From Nanobdellota archaeon (GTDB lineage: Archaea > Nanobdellota > Nanobdellia > CSSed11-243R1), in assembly GCA_021162365.1 (NCBI GenBank), contig JAGGYW010000014.1, forward strand, positions 2,518 to 66,517: DNA of 64,000 nucleotides, given 5' to 3'. Position 1 is the stretch's first letter. Each line of letters starts with the position of its first letter. The notes under the pieces are model-generated. The model saw nothing but the letters and a program-made list of their open reading frames with translations. It did no database searches and was not told the DNA's origin. Positions 1 to 9,596 of this stretch are shown one piece after another. The translations under genes and the position numbers were made by a program.

Positions 1-21
1 AAATGGAGAGAGATACTAAAA

Positions 22-480
22 GTGTGGCCGAAAAACCTAGGCGTAGAAGCTGCAGTCCTAAATTATCTTGTGAAATATCCAAAAGATTATGCAAATGCAA
101 TAAGGCAACTCCCCAAAAATCTGCGAAGAATGTTTATCCATTCATTTCAATCGTACATCTTTAACAGAACTCTTGAAGAATTAATAAACAGAGACATAAC
201 TGTCAAAGAGATACCTTTAGTTGGATATGAAACAAAATTAGAAGGAGAAACTGGTGAAATCATTAAAAAAATACTAAAGGAAGAAAACATAAAATTGGAA
301 CACTTTAAACTTAAGAGAATGCCTGAACTCGCTGAAAAAGGAGATAAAAGAGACGCATGGATAAAAGTGGAAAATTTAAAGATACTTAATGTAAAAAACA
401 AAGAGGTGAAACTACAATTCACTCTTAAAAAAGGTGCATACGCAACAACAATCTTGGGATATATTGGTGTTAAAATATGA
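22..480 (+). CDS. truD: tRNA pseudouridine(13) synthase TruD/Pus7-like, C-terminal fragment (gene starts before the window)
   Basis: Motifs FQSYIFNRTL and C-terminal KKGAYATTILGYI match the TruD family C-terminus. The ORF runs off the window start. Confidence 0.55.
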   Translation: MWPKNLGVEAAVLNYLVKYPKDYANAIRQLPKNLRRMFIHSFQSYIFNRTLEELINRDITVKEIPLVGYETKLEGETGEIIKKILKEENIKLEHFKLKRMPELAEKGDKRDAWIKVENLKILNVKNKEVKLQFTLKKGAYATTILGYIGVKI

Positions 481-1115
481 TTTCAGTTATAGTTCCAGCA
501 TATAATGAAGAAAAGCAAATTGGAAAAACAATAGAGAAGCTGCTAAAAGAAAAAGTTGAGGAAATAATCGTTGTAGTTGATGGAAATGACAAAACAGGTG
601 AAATCGCAAAAAAATACAAAAAAGTTAAGGTGCTAACATTCAAACACCGCCTTGGAAAAGGTGGAGCAATAAAAGAAGGATTCAAAGCATCAAAAGGAGA
701 TGTAATTGTATTCGTTGACGCAGACTATTGGCATCAAAAAGCAAGCATTAGAAGCTTAGCAAAATGGATACCAAAATATGATATTGCTATCGGCTCCCGC
801 AGGAAACGTAAAACCATAAAACGAAAGATCTTATCATGGGGATTCAATCTTCTAACAAAAATACTCCTTGGATTAAATTTAAGAGACACTCAATGCGGAT
901 TTAAAGCATTTAAGAGAGAAGCACTAAAAGATTTACTAAGCAAGATGAAAACAAGGGGATATGCATTTGATGTAGAACTGCTTTACCTTGCAAAAAATAA
1001 ATACAAAATAAAAGAAGTCCCAGTAGAATGGGAAGATATAAACACAAAGATAAATCCTGTTAAAGACAGCCTAAAAATGTTTTTAGAATTACTTAGAATA
1101 AAGGCAGGAAAATGA
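477..1115 (+). CDS. Family 2 glycosyltransferase (dolichyl-phosphate sugar synthase-like)
   Basis: N-terminal VIVPAYNEE...VVDGNDKT and a DAD-type motif (VFVDADY) are typical of the GT-A fold in GT2/DPM-synthase-like enzymes. It overlaps the upstream gene stop by 4 nt, operon style. Confidence 0.7.
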   Translation: MISVIVPAYNEEKQIGKTIEKLLKEKVEEIIVVVDGNDKTGEIAKKYKKVKVLTFKHRLGKGGAIKEGFKASKGDVIVFVDADYWHQKASIRSLAKWIPKYDIAIGSRRKRKTIKRKILSWGFNLLTKILLGLNLRDTQCGFKAFKREALKDLLSKMKTRGYAFDVELLYLAKNKYKIKEVPVEWEDINTKINPVKDSLKMFLELLRIKAGK

Positions 1116-2413
1116 AATTTAACAAAGAGTTTCCAATAGTTATATTAATTGCTGCACTTAGTAGAATACCCTTACTCCTAAAAACAAAAGTGCTTATGTG
1201 GGATGCAGCAGTATATCTAATGAATGCAAAATGGTTCGCAGGTCAAAAAATATTTTGGGAATCTCTTAGAGCACCCTTCCTTCCATTTTTACTTTCATTC
1301 TTATTTAAGATTGGAATTAACAACGAAACTGCATTTAGAATTGTATCAATCACATTCGCAATAGCTTCCATAATGCTAACATATTTGCTTGCGAAAGAAC
1401 TTTTTGGCAAAAAGACGGCGTTTTTATCTGCAACTATCCTATCAGTAATCCCTATCCATGTATTCTGGAGTCCCATGATTTACACCGAAATTCCATCATC
1501 AGTATTTCTTTTAGCCTCCCTTTACTTTTTGTGGAAAGGATTAAAAAATGAAAAAATGATTTACATTTCAATATTCACAAGTGGTCTGGCATTCTTAACA
1601 AGGTATCCTCTTGGAATTTTATTTCCAGCAATTATGTTGTTCCTCCTACTTAACAAAAAACTCAACTTAAAGAAGATATTTTTGTACGCTACAATATTTT
1701 TGTTAACTATATCTCCATGGCTGATATACAACTATTCAACATTCGGAGATCCAATGCACTCGTTTAAAGAAGGAATAAGATGGCAAGGTCCAACACACCA
1801 ACCAATTTATTTTTATCTTACAACACTTCCAAACTATGCTTCCTTTGTTTCAATAATAATTATCGCTGGAGGAGTGTATTCCCTCCAGTTTTTCAAAAAA
1901 CAAAAGTTCCAACTGCTGCTAATTTTCTTAATCATGTTTATTGGATTTTTAACAGTTTCAGGTCATAAGGAAGAGAGATATATCTTACCAGCAATACCCT
2001 TAATTGTCATATTCTCATCCTACTTCATAGAAAAAATAGACATCAAGAAATGGATTCCCATTATTGGAGCAATAATTGTGCTAACGGCTGCAGCCTCGCT
2101 ACAACTCCAATTCCCATCTTGCGATGGAATAATAAATGCATCAAAAGACTTAGACGGTGTTGTTGCATCTACATATTGGCCACTAACAGCATACTATGGA
2201 AATGTAAAGGTAAGGGCAATGCCAGCAGATTTAAATGAGTTCGATAGCTTCCTACGTGAAGGAAACATAACTTATGTAATTACTTCAAGCAAAGGGGAGT
2301 GGCCACCATATGCACAAAACTTCTCTTTCTTCGACAACAACCCTAATCTAGAAGTTGTAAAAGGGATAACTGACAAGTGTCAAATTTACAAGGTATACAA
2401 AGTAAAGCTTTAA
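1112..2413 (+). CDS. Polytopic membrane glycosyltransferase, ArnT/PMT (GT39/GT83)-like
   Basis: About 11 predicted TM helices and a C-terminal soluble domain. It sits between two GT2 genes. Resemblance to dolichyl-phosphate-dependent glycosyltransferases is fold-level only. Confidence 0.45.
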   Translation: MKFNKEFPIVILIAALSRIPLLLKTKVLMWDAAVYLMNAKWFAGQKIFWESLRAPFLPFLLSFLFKIGINNETAFRIVSITFAIASIMLTYLLAKELFGKKTAFLSATILSVIPIHVFWSPMIYTEIPSSVFLLASLYFLWKGLKNEKMIYISIFTSGLAFLTRYPLGILFPAIMLFLLLNKKLNLKKIFLYATIFLLTISPWLIYNYSTFGDPMHSFKEGIRWQGPTHQPIYFYLTTLPNYASFVSIIIIAGGVYSLQFFKKQKFQLLLIFLIMFIGFLTVSGHKEERYILPAIPLIVIFSSYFIEKIDIKKWIPIIGAIIVLTAAASLQLQFPSCDGIINASKDLDGVVASTYWPLTAYYGNVKVRAMPADLNEFDSFLREGNITYVITSSKGEWPPYAQNFSFFDNNPNLEVVKGITDKCQIYKVYKVKL

Positions 2414-2438
2414 AATTCATTATTTATAGGTTATAACT

Positions 2439-3689
2439 ATGGATTTAAGTTCAATTTCACTACTTGTATTAATTTATTTTATGCTTTACTCTAGCATATT
2501 CTGGCTTCTATTGTATTTTGAAAAGAAGAAAAGCTTAAGTGAAGACCCAAAGCCGAAACGATTCCCTCTTGTAAGCATAGTAATTCCAGTATATAAAGGG
2601 GATAAAAAAGAAGTAATCAAGAAGGCAATCTCATCTGCATTAAGCTTGAGTTATCCAAAAAAAGAGATAATATTGTCATGGAATGGTCCAAAAACAGATG
2701 CCTACAAACTATGTGAAAAACTGGCAAATGAAAACAAAAACGTTAAACTAGTTTATACCCCAAAAAAAGGAAAAGCTGCAGGAATGAATGAAGCCTTGAA
2801 ACACATTAAAGGCGAACTGTTTTGTTGTTTAGATGCAGATTCATTCTTCCACAAAGACGCATTAGAACACATGGTTGGCTACTTTGAGGACCCAAAAATT
2901 GGGGCAGTCACAAGCAGCATGAAGGTATTTAACCCTAAGACAATTGTCCAAAAAATTCAATGGGTAGAATACATATTTGCAATATATCTAAGAAAGTTAT
3001 CATCCCTTATAGATTGTTTGTATGTCGTTCCAGGGCCAGGAAGTATGTATAGAACAGAAACAATCAAGAAAATTGGAGGGTTCGATGAAAACAACCTAAC
3101 CGAGGATATGGAAATTGCATTTCGCCTTTTGGATAATGGGTATAAAATCAAAAACAGCCTAAATGCATTTGTAGATACAATTGCTCCAAGTAAATTCATA
3201 GGCCTGCTAAAACAACGCATTAGATGGTACACTGGATTTTATGATAACGTTAAGCTTTACAGACACATGTTATTTAATCCAAAAGCGGGAATGTTAGGAA
3301 TATTTATGCTTCCTTTATCAATTGTCTGGGTAGGGATTATATTATATTCCATTGCAATTTTAATTAAATCTGTAGTGACTAAAGCGGTGTTCGATTTAAC
3401 TATTTTATCCATAATTGGACTGGATTTAGATGTGCTTATAAGCATCATCAAAAGAACCCTTGTATTTCAGCCAACATATTTAACATGGTTTGCATTTGTA
3501 CTATCCTTCATTGGCATATATGTAATCTATCTTGGATTAAAAATGTCGAAAGAAAAAGCAGAAGTAACACATAAATACCCCCACTATATCACATATTTAT
3601 TGTTTTACAGCATACTCGTTGGAGTATTTTGGATATCAACCCTTGGATACATCGTTGCACGCAGCAAGCTAAAATATAGGTTGTGGTAA
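2439..3689 (+). CDS. Membrane-integrated processive GT2 glycosyltransferase (cellulose/chitin/hyaluronan-synthase-like, QxxRW motif)
   Basis: SIVIPVYK, D-A-D (CLDADS), TED and the QRIRW motif are present. Multiple TM helices lie N- and C-terminal of the catalytic domain. Confidence 0.65.
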   Translation: MDLSSISLLVLIYFMLYSSIFWLLLYFEKKKSLSEDPKPKRFPLVSIVIPVYKGDKKEVIKKAISSALSLSYPKKEIILSWNGPKTDAYKLCEKLANENKNVKLVYTPKKGKAAGMNEALKHIKGELFCCLDADSFFHKDALEHMVGYFEDPKIGAVTSSMKVFNPKTIVQKIQWVEYIFAIYLRKLSSLIDCLYVVPGPGSMYRTETIKKIGGFDENNLTEDMEIAFRLLDNGYKIKNSLNAFVDTIAPSKFIGLLKQRIRWYTGFYDNVKLYRHMLFNPKAGMLGIFMLPLSIVWVGIILYSIAILIKSVVTKAVFDLTILSIIGLDLDVLISIIKRTLVFQPTYLTWFAFVLSFIGIYVIYLGLKMSKEKAEVTHKYPHYITYLLFYSILVGVFWISTLGYIVARSKLKYRLW

Positions 3690-3692
3690 AAG

Positions 3693-4352
3693 ATGAACAT
3701 ATTTTTGAAAGTCGGGATTGTAACAACTTTAATTTTTGTATCCGGGCTAATGTTTGGAATGCTCATAGGTAGCCAAAAGGTAAGCGAATTAGAGTTAACG
3801 ATTTCAAGGTTAGATGAGAACATACAAAACGCCGACCTTCAATTCCTTTTCTTCAACACCATGAACCAAAATATATCTTGTAAATTCTTGTCACATGAAG
3901 CCTCAAGATTAAGTGAGCAGGCAGATAACCTTGGAAGGGAAGTTTCCATGTATGAGAATTCCAAGAAAATAAGTGAGAAAAGTTTCTATGAGATGAAAAA
4001 GAGATACACATCCATTTTAATAAAAGATTGGCTCATGGTGGAAAAAATAAAAAGAACCTGTGGTGAAAATTACACAACAGTATTATACTTCTATTCAAAT
4101 AACAACTGCGATAGATGTCAAGAACAAGGTATCGTTTTAACATACCTAAAAGAAAAGCTCAAAGATGAATTTCTAGTATTTGCAATTGATGGAGATATCT
4201 CATTAGAGATAGTGAGCCTTCTAAAAGATGCATATGGAATAGAAGAATATCCAGCTCTTGTAATCAATGGTGAAGTGCATAATGGATTTACAGATTTAGA
4301 CGAATTAAAAGAAATAACATGTAATTACAATAATAACTTAACTATCTGTTAA
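3693..4352 (+). CDS. Membrane-anchored thioredoxin-fold protein (CxxC, cis-Pro)
   Basis: One N-terminal TM helix. The C-terminal domain has CDRC plus EYPALVING, a cis-Pro-like thioredoxin signature. Confidence 0.35.
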   Translation: MNIFLKVGIVTTLIFVSGLMFGMLIGSQKVSELELTISRLDENIQNADLQFLFFNTMNQNISCKFLSHEASRLSEQADNLGREVSMYENSKKISEKSFYEMKKRYTSILIKDWLMVEKIKRTCGENYTTVLYFYSNNNCDRCQEQGIVLTYLKEKLKDEFLVFAIDGDISLEIVSLLKDAYGIEEYPALVINGEVHNGFTDLDELKEITCNYNNNLTIC

Positions 4353-4661
4353 TTATGTTGGTGTGAGCACCTGAACTGTTATAACTGTGTCATTTTCTAA
4401 CTTACAATCACACACGCAAAGAGTTGTTGCTTTACCTTGAAGGGAATCTGGCGCAGCATAAGGTGCGTAATAACAATAGTAACTCCTACATTTGCTTGTC
4501 TCATTTACTTGCCTATTTAGCTCATCAGTTAACATTTGGCAAACCCTGTTGAATTGCTCCGTTCTTCTTTCTACCTTCAAGGTATGGAATACCTGATATA
4601 AAGCAATAGAAGAGAGTATCAAAACTGCCATGAAGATAATGATAGCTGTGGAATGTTTCAT
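4353..4661 (-). CDS. Small secreted cysteine-rich protein
   Basis: N-terminal signal or TM segment, CxC/CC clusters, 102 aa. No recognisable family. Confidence 0.25.
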   Translation of the reverse strand: MKHSTAIIIFMAVLILSSIALYQVFHTLKVERRTEQFNRVCQMLTDELNRQVNETSKCRSYYCYYAPYAAPDSLQGKATTLCVCDCKLENDTVITVQVLTPT

Positions 4662-4736
4662 GAAAATTCATAAAAGAAGTTAGTTTAAAAATGTTTTCAA
4701 AAATATAAAAGAAAAAAGAAAGGATTACCTTTCTAA

Positions 4737-7238
4737 TTACTCGAATTCTACACCACTAAGTGTGCCTGCAGCTGTGTTAATGACTACTTTGTCACCTGTC
4801 AATTTGTCTGCAAATTGTCCTTGAAGCAATCTTGCTGAGACAACTTTACCTGCAAGTTGTGTGTCCTTTGCTGCATAACCTGCTATGATCAATGCGTCAT
4901 TTGTTCCATATGCGTCCTCTATCAATTGGACAATTGCAGTGTCAGGTGCATAGTCAGCTGCTTTGTCTGTAAGACCTGCTTCTGCCAAGTTGTAGACCAA
5001 CTTGTTGACACTTGGTCCACCAATCAAGATTACGTTCTTGTCTGGTGTTGTTGTGTCGAAGTCTGTGTCTACTCTTGATATTCCGCCTGTTACATCAACA
5101 TAGTTGACGGTTACAGGTCCTGTTGTGGTGGTTGTTGTTGAAACTTTTTCTCCAGTTACATAGACATTTGCAAATACTTGGTTGTCTGGGTAGTCAATTG
5201 TTATTGTGTTTTGGTCGTTTGTGTAGTCATTCAATAAGTGTAATCCATAGGTAGTATAGCCTTCTTCTTTGTTGCTGTCGCCAATTGTGTATGGACCAAG
5301 ATCTAGACCAGAGCTATAATCTACATCCACATAATGACTCACGTTATTCCGTGTAAATGCTAACGCAACAGTGTCTGTTGTAGCCCCATCTTCGTGCTCT
5401 TCTGTAATTATCTTTACAACATCACTATCATCTGCTGCTGCACCGAAACCATCGAAGTCTATTGTTGCACCATATCCAGTAAGGATGTGGACATCTGTAT
5501 TATCTCCAATTGTACCACTGTTGTTCATATCAACTGTAATCGTTCCCGCACCTGTATTTACATTTATACCAATTGCATATCCATGGAAATACAATGTTGC
5601 GTCAGGTGTATTCGCTACATCATATGATATTTCCATTGTTTCTCCACTGTTTAAATCCTTCAACTTAATTATCTCATCCCCTGTATCTAGGTCCTTGAAT
5701 TGGAAGATGTGTGAGTAATCTCCCGCTGTTACTACAAACAATTCTTCATCCCCAATGTTATCTGTTTCATCTATGTGGAATGGATAATATGTACCTCCCG
5801 AGATATATCCAAGGTACACATCTGTTGTTTCCTCACCATCCGTATCACTGTCGTTATACACAAATAGTTCTCCGTCAAATGTCTCTCCATCTTTTGCTGT
5901 GTATTTCAACTTGTATTCATCGTCGTTGCTCTTGTATATCTTTATTGTCTCTGTGTTTTCTGTTGACAAGCCTGTAAATTGATAGTCAAATGTCTTTGTG
6001 AATAATGCATTTGCATCTTCGAGCTTGTCTGATAACTTGCCATCTACTGGGATGTACAAGTCATCGTCTGGTGTGTATTTAACTTCGATCGAGCTAATCT
6101 TTGCTACACCACTATCAATGTCCCCTGTTATTTTCACATCTGTATTGTCTACGTCACTTTCTCCAACTTTATATTCTGTTCCACCAAAGTCAGCATTTTC
6201 TACATCTGAGTCAGACAATACAATCTTGTCTGCACCAATGTAGAAGGTTACTTGGTCTGCACCTTGTGCTTCGCTACCTTCGTTCTCAAGCAAGTACTTG
6301 ATTCCTATTGTTGTTCCATCTGAAAGTGTTTTGACATCGTTTACTTGCAAGTCTCTCAACGCTTCTCCATTTATGTTCAAGTTAGCTACAAGTCCACCTG
6401 TAGATGCTGATTGACCAATTGAGACAACTTCTACTTCGTATGTCTTACCATTTACTGTGTACGTTTGTGTTGTGTATTCATTTTGTGTTGATTCAACTGC
6501 TCCACTCATCAAGGTTAACTCGACACTTTTTGTACCATCTGTTATTGCCTTTGTGATTGTGTAGTCCTTACCCAATATCTTTATTGTTTTCATCTCAATG
6601 TCTTCGAGGTGCTTAGTTGGTGCAGATGTGTCATAATCTGACTCTAATGCGTTTGAAAACGACAACTTATATGTATATGCTGGACTTGCTGATGCAAACT
6701 TCATATACCAAGCTGGTGTATCTGTGTCGTCATCTGGGTCTACTGCAAAGGTTACATTTGCATTGTCTGCCAAGTCAATGTATTCATCATAGCTGAATGT
6801 CCCCTTCTCATTTGTTATTGAACCTCCTGAAAGCATTGTGCTCATTTCGTCGCTTGTTATTGTTCCATAGTCATTTATGTTCTGGTCAAACTCAAGCTTG
6901 TCTCCTGACTTTTCAATCTTCCAAACTTCACCTGTCAATTCTGTTTCTGTTCCTGTTGTTCCAGCTGCTGTTGTTGAAACCTGTCCAAAGGCTGTTGCTA
7001 CATCCATACCTACTGAAACATCTTTTGCTAGGTCTGTTGCTGCTTGTGCTGTAAATGCTATGTTTGGATTCCAGCCCATTGTTCCTACTACCACGTATGC
7101 GTCAAAGACTCCGTCAGCTGTCACGAATGGTTGTGGCAAGTCATCCAAAGCTGCAAATGCTCCAGCCAAGGTTGCCCCAGCCATTACAGCTCCACCAACA
7201 AGAGCCGCAATTTTCTTTATGGTCCTTTTCATTTCCAT
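4737..7238 (-). CDS. Large secreted acidic Thr/Asp/Gly-rich surface protein (S-layer protein candidate)
   Basis: Signal peptide MEMKRTIKKIAALVGGAVMAGATLAGAFA. The 833 aa are low in Cys and K/R and very rich in T/D/G/N. A strong AGGAGGT RBS lies 8 nt upstream. A long 5' UTR carries a distal TATA-like box. Confidence 0.5.
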   Translation of the reverse strand: MEMKRTIKKIAALVGGAVMAGATLAGAFAALDDLPQPFVTADGVFDAYVVVGTMGWNPNIAFTAQAATDLAKDVSVGMDVATAFGQVSTTAAGTTGTETELTGEVWKIEKSGDKLEFDQNINDYGTITSDEMSTMLSGGSITNEKGTFSYDEYIDLADNANVTFAVDPDDDTDTPAWYMKFASASPAYTYKLSFSNALESDYDTSAPTKHLEDIEMKTIKILGKDYTITKAITDGTKSVELTLMSGAVESTQNEYTTQTYTVNGKTYEVEVVSIGQSASTGGLVANLNINGEALRDLQVNDVKTLSDGTTIGIKYLLENEGSEAQGADQVTFYIGADKIVLSDSDVENADFGGTEYKVGESDVDNTDVKITGDIDSGVAKISSIEVKYTPDDDLYIPVDGKLSDKLEDANALFTKTFDYQFTGLSTENTETIKIYKSNDDEYKLKYTAKDGETFDGELFVYNDSDTDGEETTDVYLGYISGGTYYPFHIDETDNIGDEELFVVTAGDYSHIFQFKDLDTGDEIIKLKDLNSGETMEISYDVANTPDATLYFHGYAIGINVNTGAGTITVDMNNSGTIGDNTDVHILTGYGATIDFDGFGAAADDSDVVKIITEEHEDGATTDTVALAFTRNNVSHYVDVDYSSGLDLGPYTIGDSNKEEGYTTYGLHLLNDYTNDQNTITIDYPDNQVFANVYVTGEKVSTTTTTTGPVTVNYVDVTGGISRVDTDFDTTTPDKNVILIGGPSVNKLVYNLAEAGLTDKAADYAPDTAIVQLIEDAYGTNDALIIAGYAAKDTQLAGKVVSARLLQGQFADKLTGDKVVINTAAGTLSGVEFE

Positions 7239-7336
7239 TTTTTTTCACCTACCTCCTTTGAGGTTATTTTTTGGTTTTTAATTCAAAACCTCGAGGAATT
7301 ACTGCTTTATTCGATAGCTATCTCTCCTTCGCGCGC

Positions 7337-7356
7337 GAGGTTTTATAAGTTTAAAC
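7337..7356 (-). promoter_or_regulatory. TATA-box-like element (TTTAAACTTATAAAA on the minus strand) about 100 nt upstream of the S-layer candidate gene
   Basis: AT-rich TATA-like sequence preceded by a purine-rich stretch. The long leader resembles other S-layer gene leaders. Confidence 0.25.
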
Positions 7357-7404
7357 ATGAATAGAAGGGTATTTAAGGTTTTCTTTGTGAATTTTCCTAG
7401 TTAG

Positions 7405-7890
7405 TCACTTCTTAATGGTAAAATTTGGAGTTTCCTCTATCTTCTCATTTTCGGCTTCTTTTGGCTTTTTAGGCACAATTTTAAGCTTTTTGAGAACATC
7501 ATTTGCCTGCTTTAACCTCGCTGCTAAAACCTTGATGTCCTTGTCCATGGCGCTCACTTTTGCGCTTACATCTGCCAGGATGTCCTGCAATTCATCTGCG
7601 GTTATTATCACTTCTGGAGGGTCTATAATCTCCACCACAGATGGCCCAAAAGAAAGAGTTATCACAAATAAGTCCCTCAAATTCTTAATTTCTGCCTCAA
7701 ACTCAACATGAGATGTAAACATCTTCTCTCCAATCTTCTCCGGCTCAGCATAATGCTCCTCAAACACCTTAACATTTTTCCTTAGCCTGTCAACTATTTT
7801 CTTTAGATGCTCATTCAACGCCTCCTTAGGCCATCCCATCAACTCAAAAAACATTCTAACATGGATCTTTTGCTTATCCTTCACAAACAT
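7405..7890 (-). CDS. Hypothetical cytosolic protein with C-terminal coiled coil
   Basis: 161 aa, good coding statistics, no recognised motif. Confidence 0.4.
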   Translation of the reverse strand: MFVKDKQKIHVRMFFELMGWPKEALNEHLKKIVDRLRKNVKVFEEHYAEPEKIGEKMFTSHVEFEAEIKNLRDLFVITLSFGPSVVEIIDPPEVIITADELQDILADVSAKVSAMDKDIKVLAARLKQANDVLKKLKIVPKKPKEAENEKIEETPNFTIKK

Positions 7891-7894
7891 CTTC

Positions 7895-8344
7895 TCACTT
7901 CCTTATAACAAAATAAAGCCCAACTAATGAAACCACAACAAGACCAATATATAAATATGTTGTGTCTATTTCCTGAGATCCCACCACTTTTATAGTGTAT
8001 GTCTCAACAAGCGTGTTATTATCATGCTTTATCTTCACACGAAGATTGTAGTATCCCTCCTCAGTGCCGTGTTTAATCAAATCCTCAAGCACAACATGTG
8101 ACACAATATCTGGTTGTAGACGAACCTCCTGTTTATTTGTTATCCACCCCTGACCAACGCAATTAAACCCCTTATACACATAGGAATACAGCGTTACATT
8201 CGCTGGCTCCTCCGACTTCAAGGACACATCAATCTTAAACCACTTACCAATCTCGACTTCTTCTGGGTAGGAGATATTATACTCCAAAGAAGCAGCTGCA
8301 CTAACTGAGAGCAGCAAAACTAAAGCAAAAACTGCCAACCGCAT
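7895..8344 (-). CDS. Secreted protein with C-terminal membrane anchor, N-glycosylation sequons
   Basis: Signal peptide MRLAVFALVLLLSVSAAAS, a C-terminal TM helix, and NxS/T sequons. Confidence 0.4.
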   Translation of the reverse strand: MRLAVFALVLLLSVSAAASLEYNISYPEEVEIGKWFKIDVSLKSEEPANVTLYSYVYKGFNCVGQGWITNKQEVRLQPDIVSHVVLEDLIKHGTEEGYYNLRVKIKHDNNTLVETYTIKVVGSQEIDTTYLYIGLVVVSLVGLYFVIRK

Positions 8345-8416
8345 AATCCTAAAACGCAGCCAATTTTTAAAAAACTTTATTAAATCATGTTGCTCTCTTT
8401 TTTATGGTGAGTTAAA

Positions 8417-8977
8417 ATGGCTTTCAAGTTTTTCAAGAAAAAAGAAAAAGATTTTCCTGCCGAGGAAAAGGCAGAAGTGCTTAATGAAGACGAACTACCT
8501 AATCTTCCTCCATTACCCGAACCACCAAAGGAAGATAGCTTTGGAAAGGGATTTAGATCTCCAGAGGAGTTAAAACCACCAACATTACCACAACTTCCTG
8601 AACTTCCAAAGCCACCAATGTTACCACACCCTCCAGAACCACCAACAGAACTTCCACCATTTAAAGCACCTGAGCCACTCCCAATACCACAGCCAAAACC
8701 TGCTGGTGTTGAGATGAAAATAAAATCTGAATTTGGCCCAGTACCAAAAGTAAAAGGTGCACCACACATTTACATAAGAATTGACAAATACAAGGAAGTA
8801 ATGAACACAATAAAAGAGCTTGGTGAGGAAATAAAAGCAACAAAGCAAGATCTAGAAGAAATCCATGAAATAAGCGAAAACGAGAGGGACAAAATAAAGG
8901 AAGCTGCAGAAGTTTTACTGCAGATAGAAAAATTGCTAAGTTACTTGGAGAAAACATTCACATCTCCAGAAGAATAG
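8417..8977 (+). CDS. Proline-rich hypothetical protein with helical C-terminal domain
   Basis: PPxP/PEPP repeats N-terminally and a helical KE-rich C-terminus. A TATA-like CTTTATTAAA lies 35 nt upstream. The antisense Gly-rich ORF was rejected. Confidence 0.4.
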   Translation: MAFKFFKKKEKDFPAEEKAEVLNEDELPNLPPLPEPPKEDSFGKGFRSPEELKPPTLPQLPELPKPPMLPHPPEPPTELPPFKAPEPLPIPQPKPAGVEMKIKSEFGPVPKVKGAPHIYIRIDKYKEVMNTIKELGEEIKATKQDLEEIHEISENERDKIKEAAEVLLQIEKLLSYLEKTFTSPEE

Positions 8978-8988
8978 TTCTTTCCAAA

Positions 8989-8999
8989 ACTTTTTATTT
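8989..8999 (+). promoter_or_regulatory. TATA-like box upstream of tRNA-Val(CAC)
   Basis: TTTTTATTTTA lies about 25-35 nt upstream of tRNA position +1. Confidence 0.3.
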
Positions 9000-9023
9000 T
9001 AATTTTCTATTCACTTTTCTAAA

Positions 9024-9145
9024 GGGTCCGTGGTCTAGTGCATCTTTCTTTGGAAAAGAAAGCTGCACCAAAGAAAGGGGCTGGACAATGGTATGACGCC
9101 ACCCTCACGCGGTGGAGGTCCCCGGTTCGAGTCCGGGCGGACCCA
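9024..9145 (+). tRNA. tRNA-Val (anticodon CAC) with a roughly 49-nt intron in the D-loop (about 9041-9089). The anticodon loop is uninterrupted.
   Basis: Acceptor GGGTCCG/CGGACCC, anticodon stem CCACC/GGTGG, loop CTCACGC, T-arm CCCGG-TTCGAGT-CCGGG. The D-loop sequence AGTG...GGTATGAC is split by an insert forming the hairpin CTTTCTTTGG/AAAGAAAG. Confidence 0.7.
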
Positions 9146-9184
9146 GTTGAAAGCTTTTTTAAATAACAACATATTTTAATTTGT

Positions 9185-9550
9185 GTGGTAAAAATGAGTA
9201 AAGAAGAAACTTATGTTCGACTTGATAATGCAAATCTCGCGAAGGTAACTTTTGCCAAGCTAGCAAAGGACTTCGCAAGATATTCTAAAATCATGATAGA
9301 AATTAAGAAGCTAAGTGATGCAAAAAACAAAAAGAGGAAAGAATTTCTTACAAAGCTAGGAAACATAGAAAAGCAATTCAAACAACTTGAGACAAGTCTC
9401 CCCAAGCCGCCAAAAGAGAAAAAAGTCCATAAGCCAAAGCAAAAGGAAGTAGCGCCCAAGCCAGAAAAGGAACTTGAAACCTTTGAAGAGTTAAGAGAGG
9501 AATTTGAGAGGATAAGAGCGCAGCTTGAAGATATAAGAAAGTCCGCCTAG
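9185..9550 (+). CDS. Lys/Glu-rich coiled-coil hypothetical protein
   Basis: 121 aa, PKP repeats, no family match recognised. Confidence 0.3.
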   Translation: MVKMSKEETYVRLDNANLAKVTFAKLAKDFARYSKIMIEIKKLSDAKNKKRKEFLTKLGNIEKQFKQLETSLPKPPKEKKVHKPKQKEVAPKPEKELETFEELREEFERIRAQLEDIRKSA

Positions 9551-9596
9551 TTCTATGAAAAATCTTAAAAACATACAAAGGCAAAGATTTTTGTAA

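Noticed and set aside
4857-7364. Multiple 60-134-aa ORFs on the plus strand
   Set aside because: They lie within or antisense to the 833-aa secreted protein gene, or in its 5' leader. They are Cys/Leu-rich with low complexity and are frame-shadow artefacts.
8380-8769. Gly/Ser-rich 129-aa ORF on the minus strand
   Set aside because: It is the antisense shadow of the proline-rich gene 8417..8977, since CCN codons read as GGN in antisense. The plus-strand gene has a real structured C-terminal domain and an upstream TATA/RBS.
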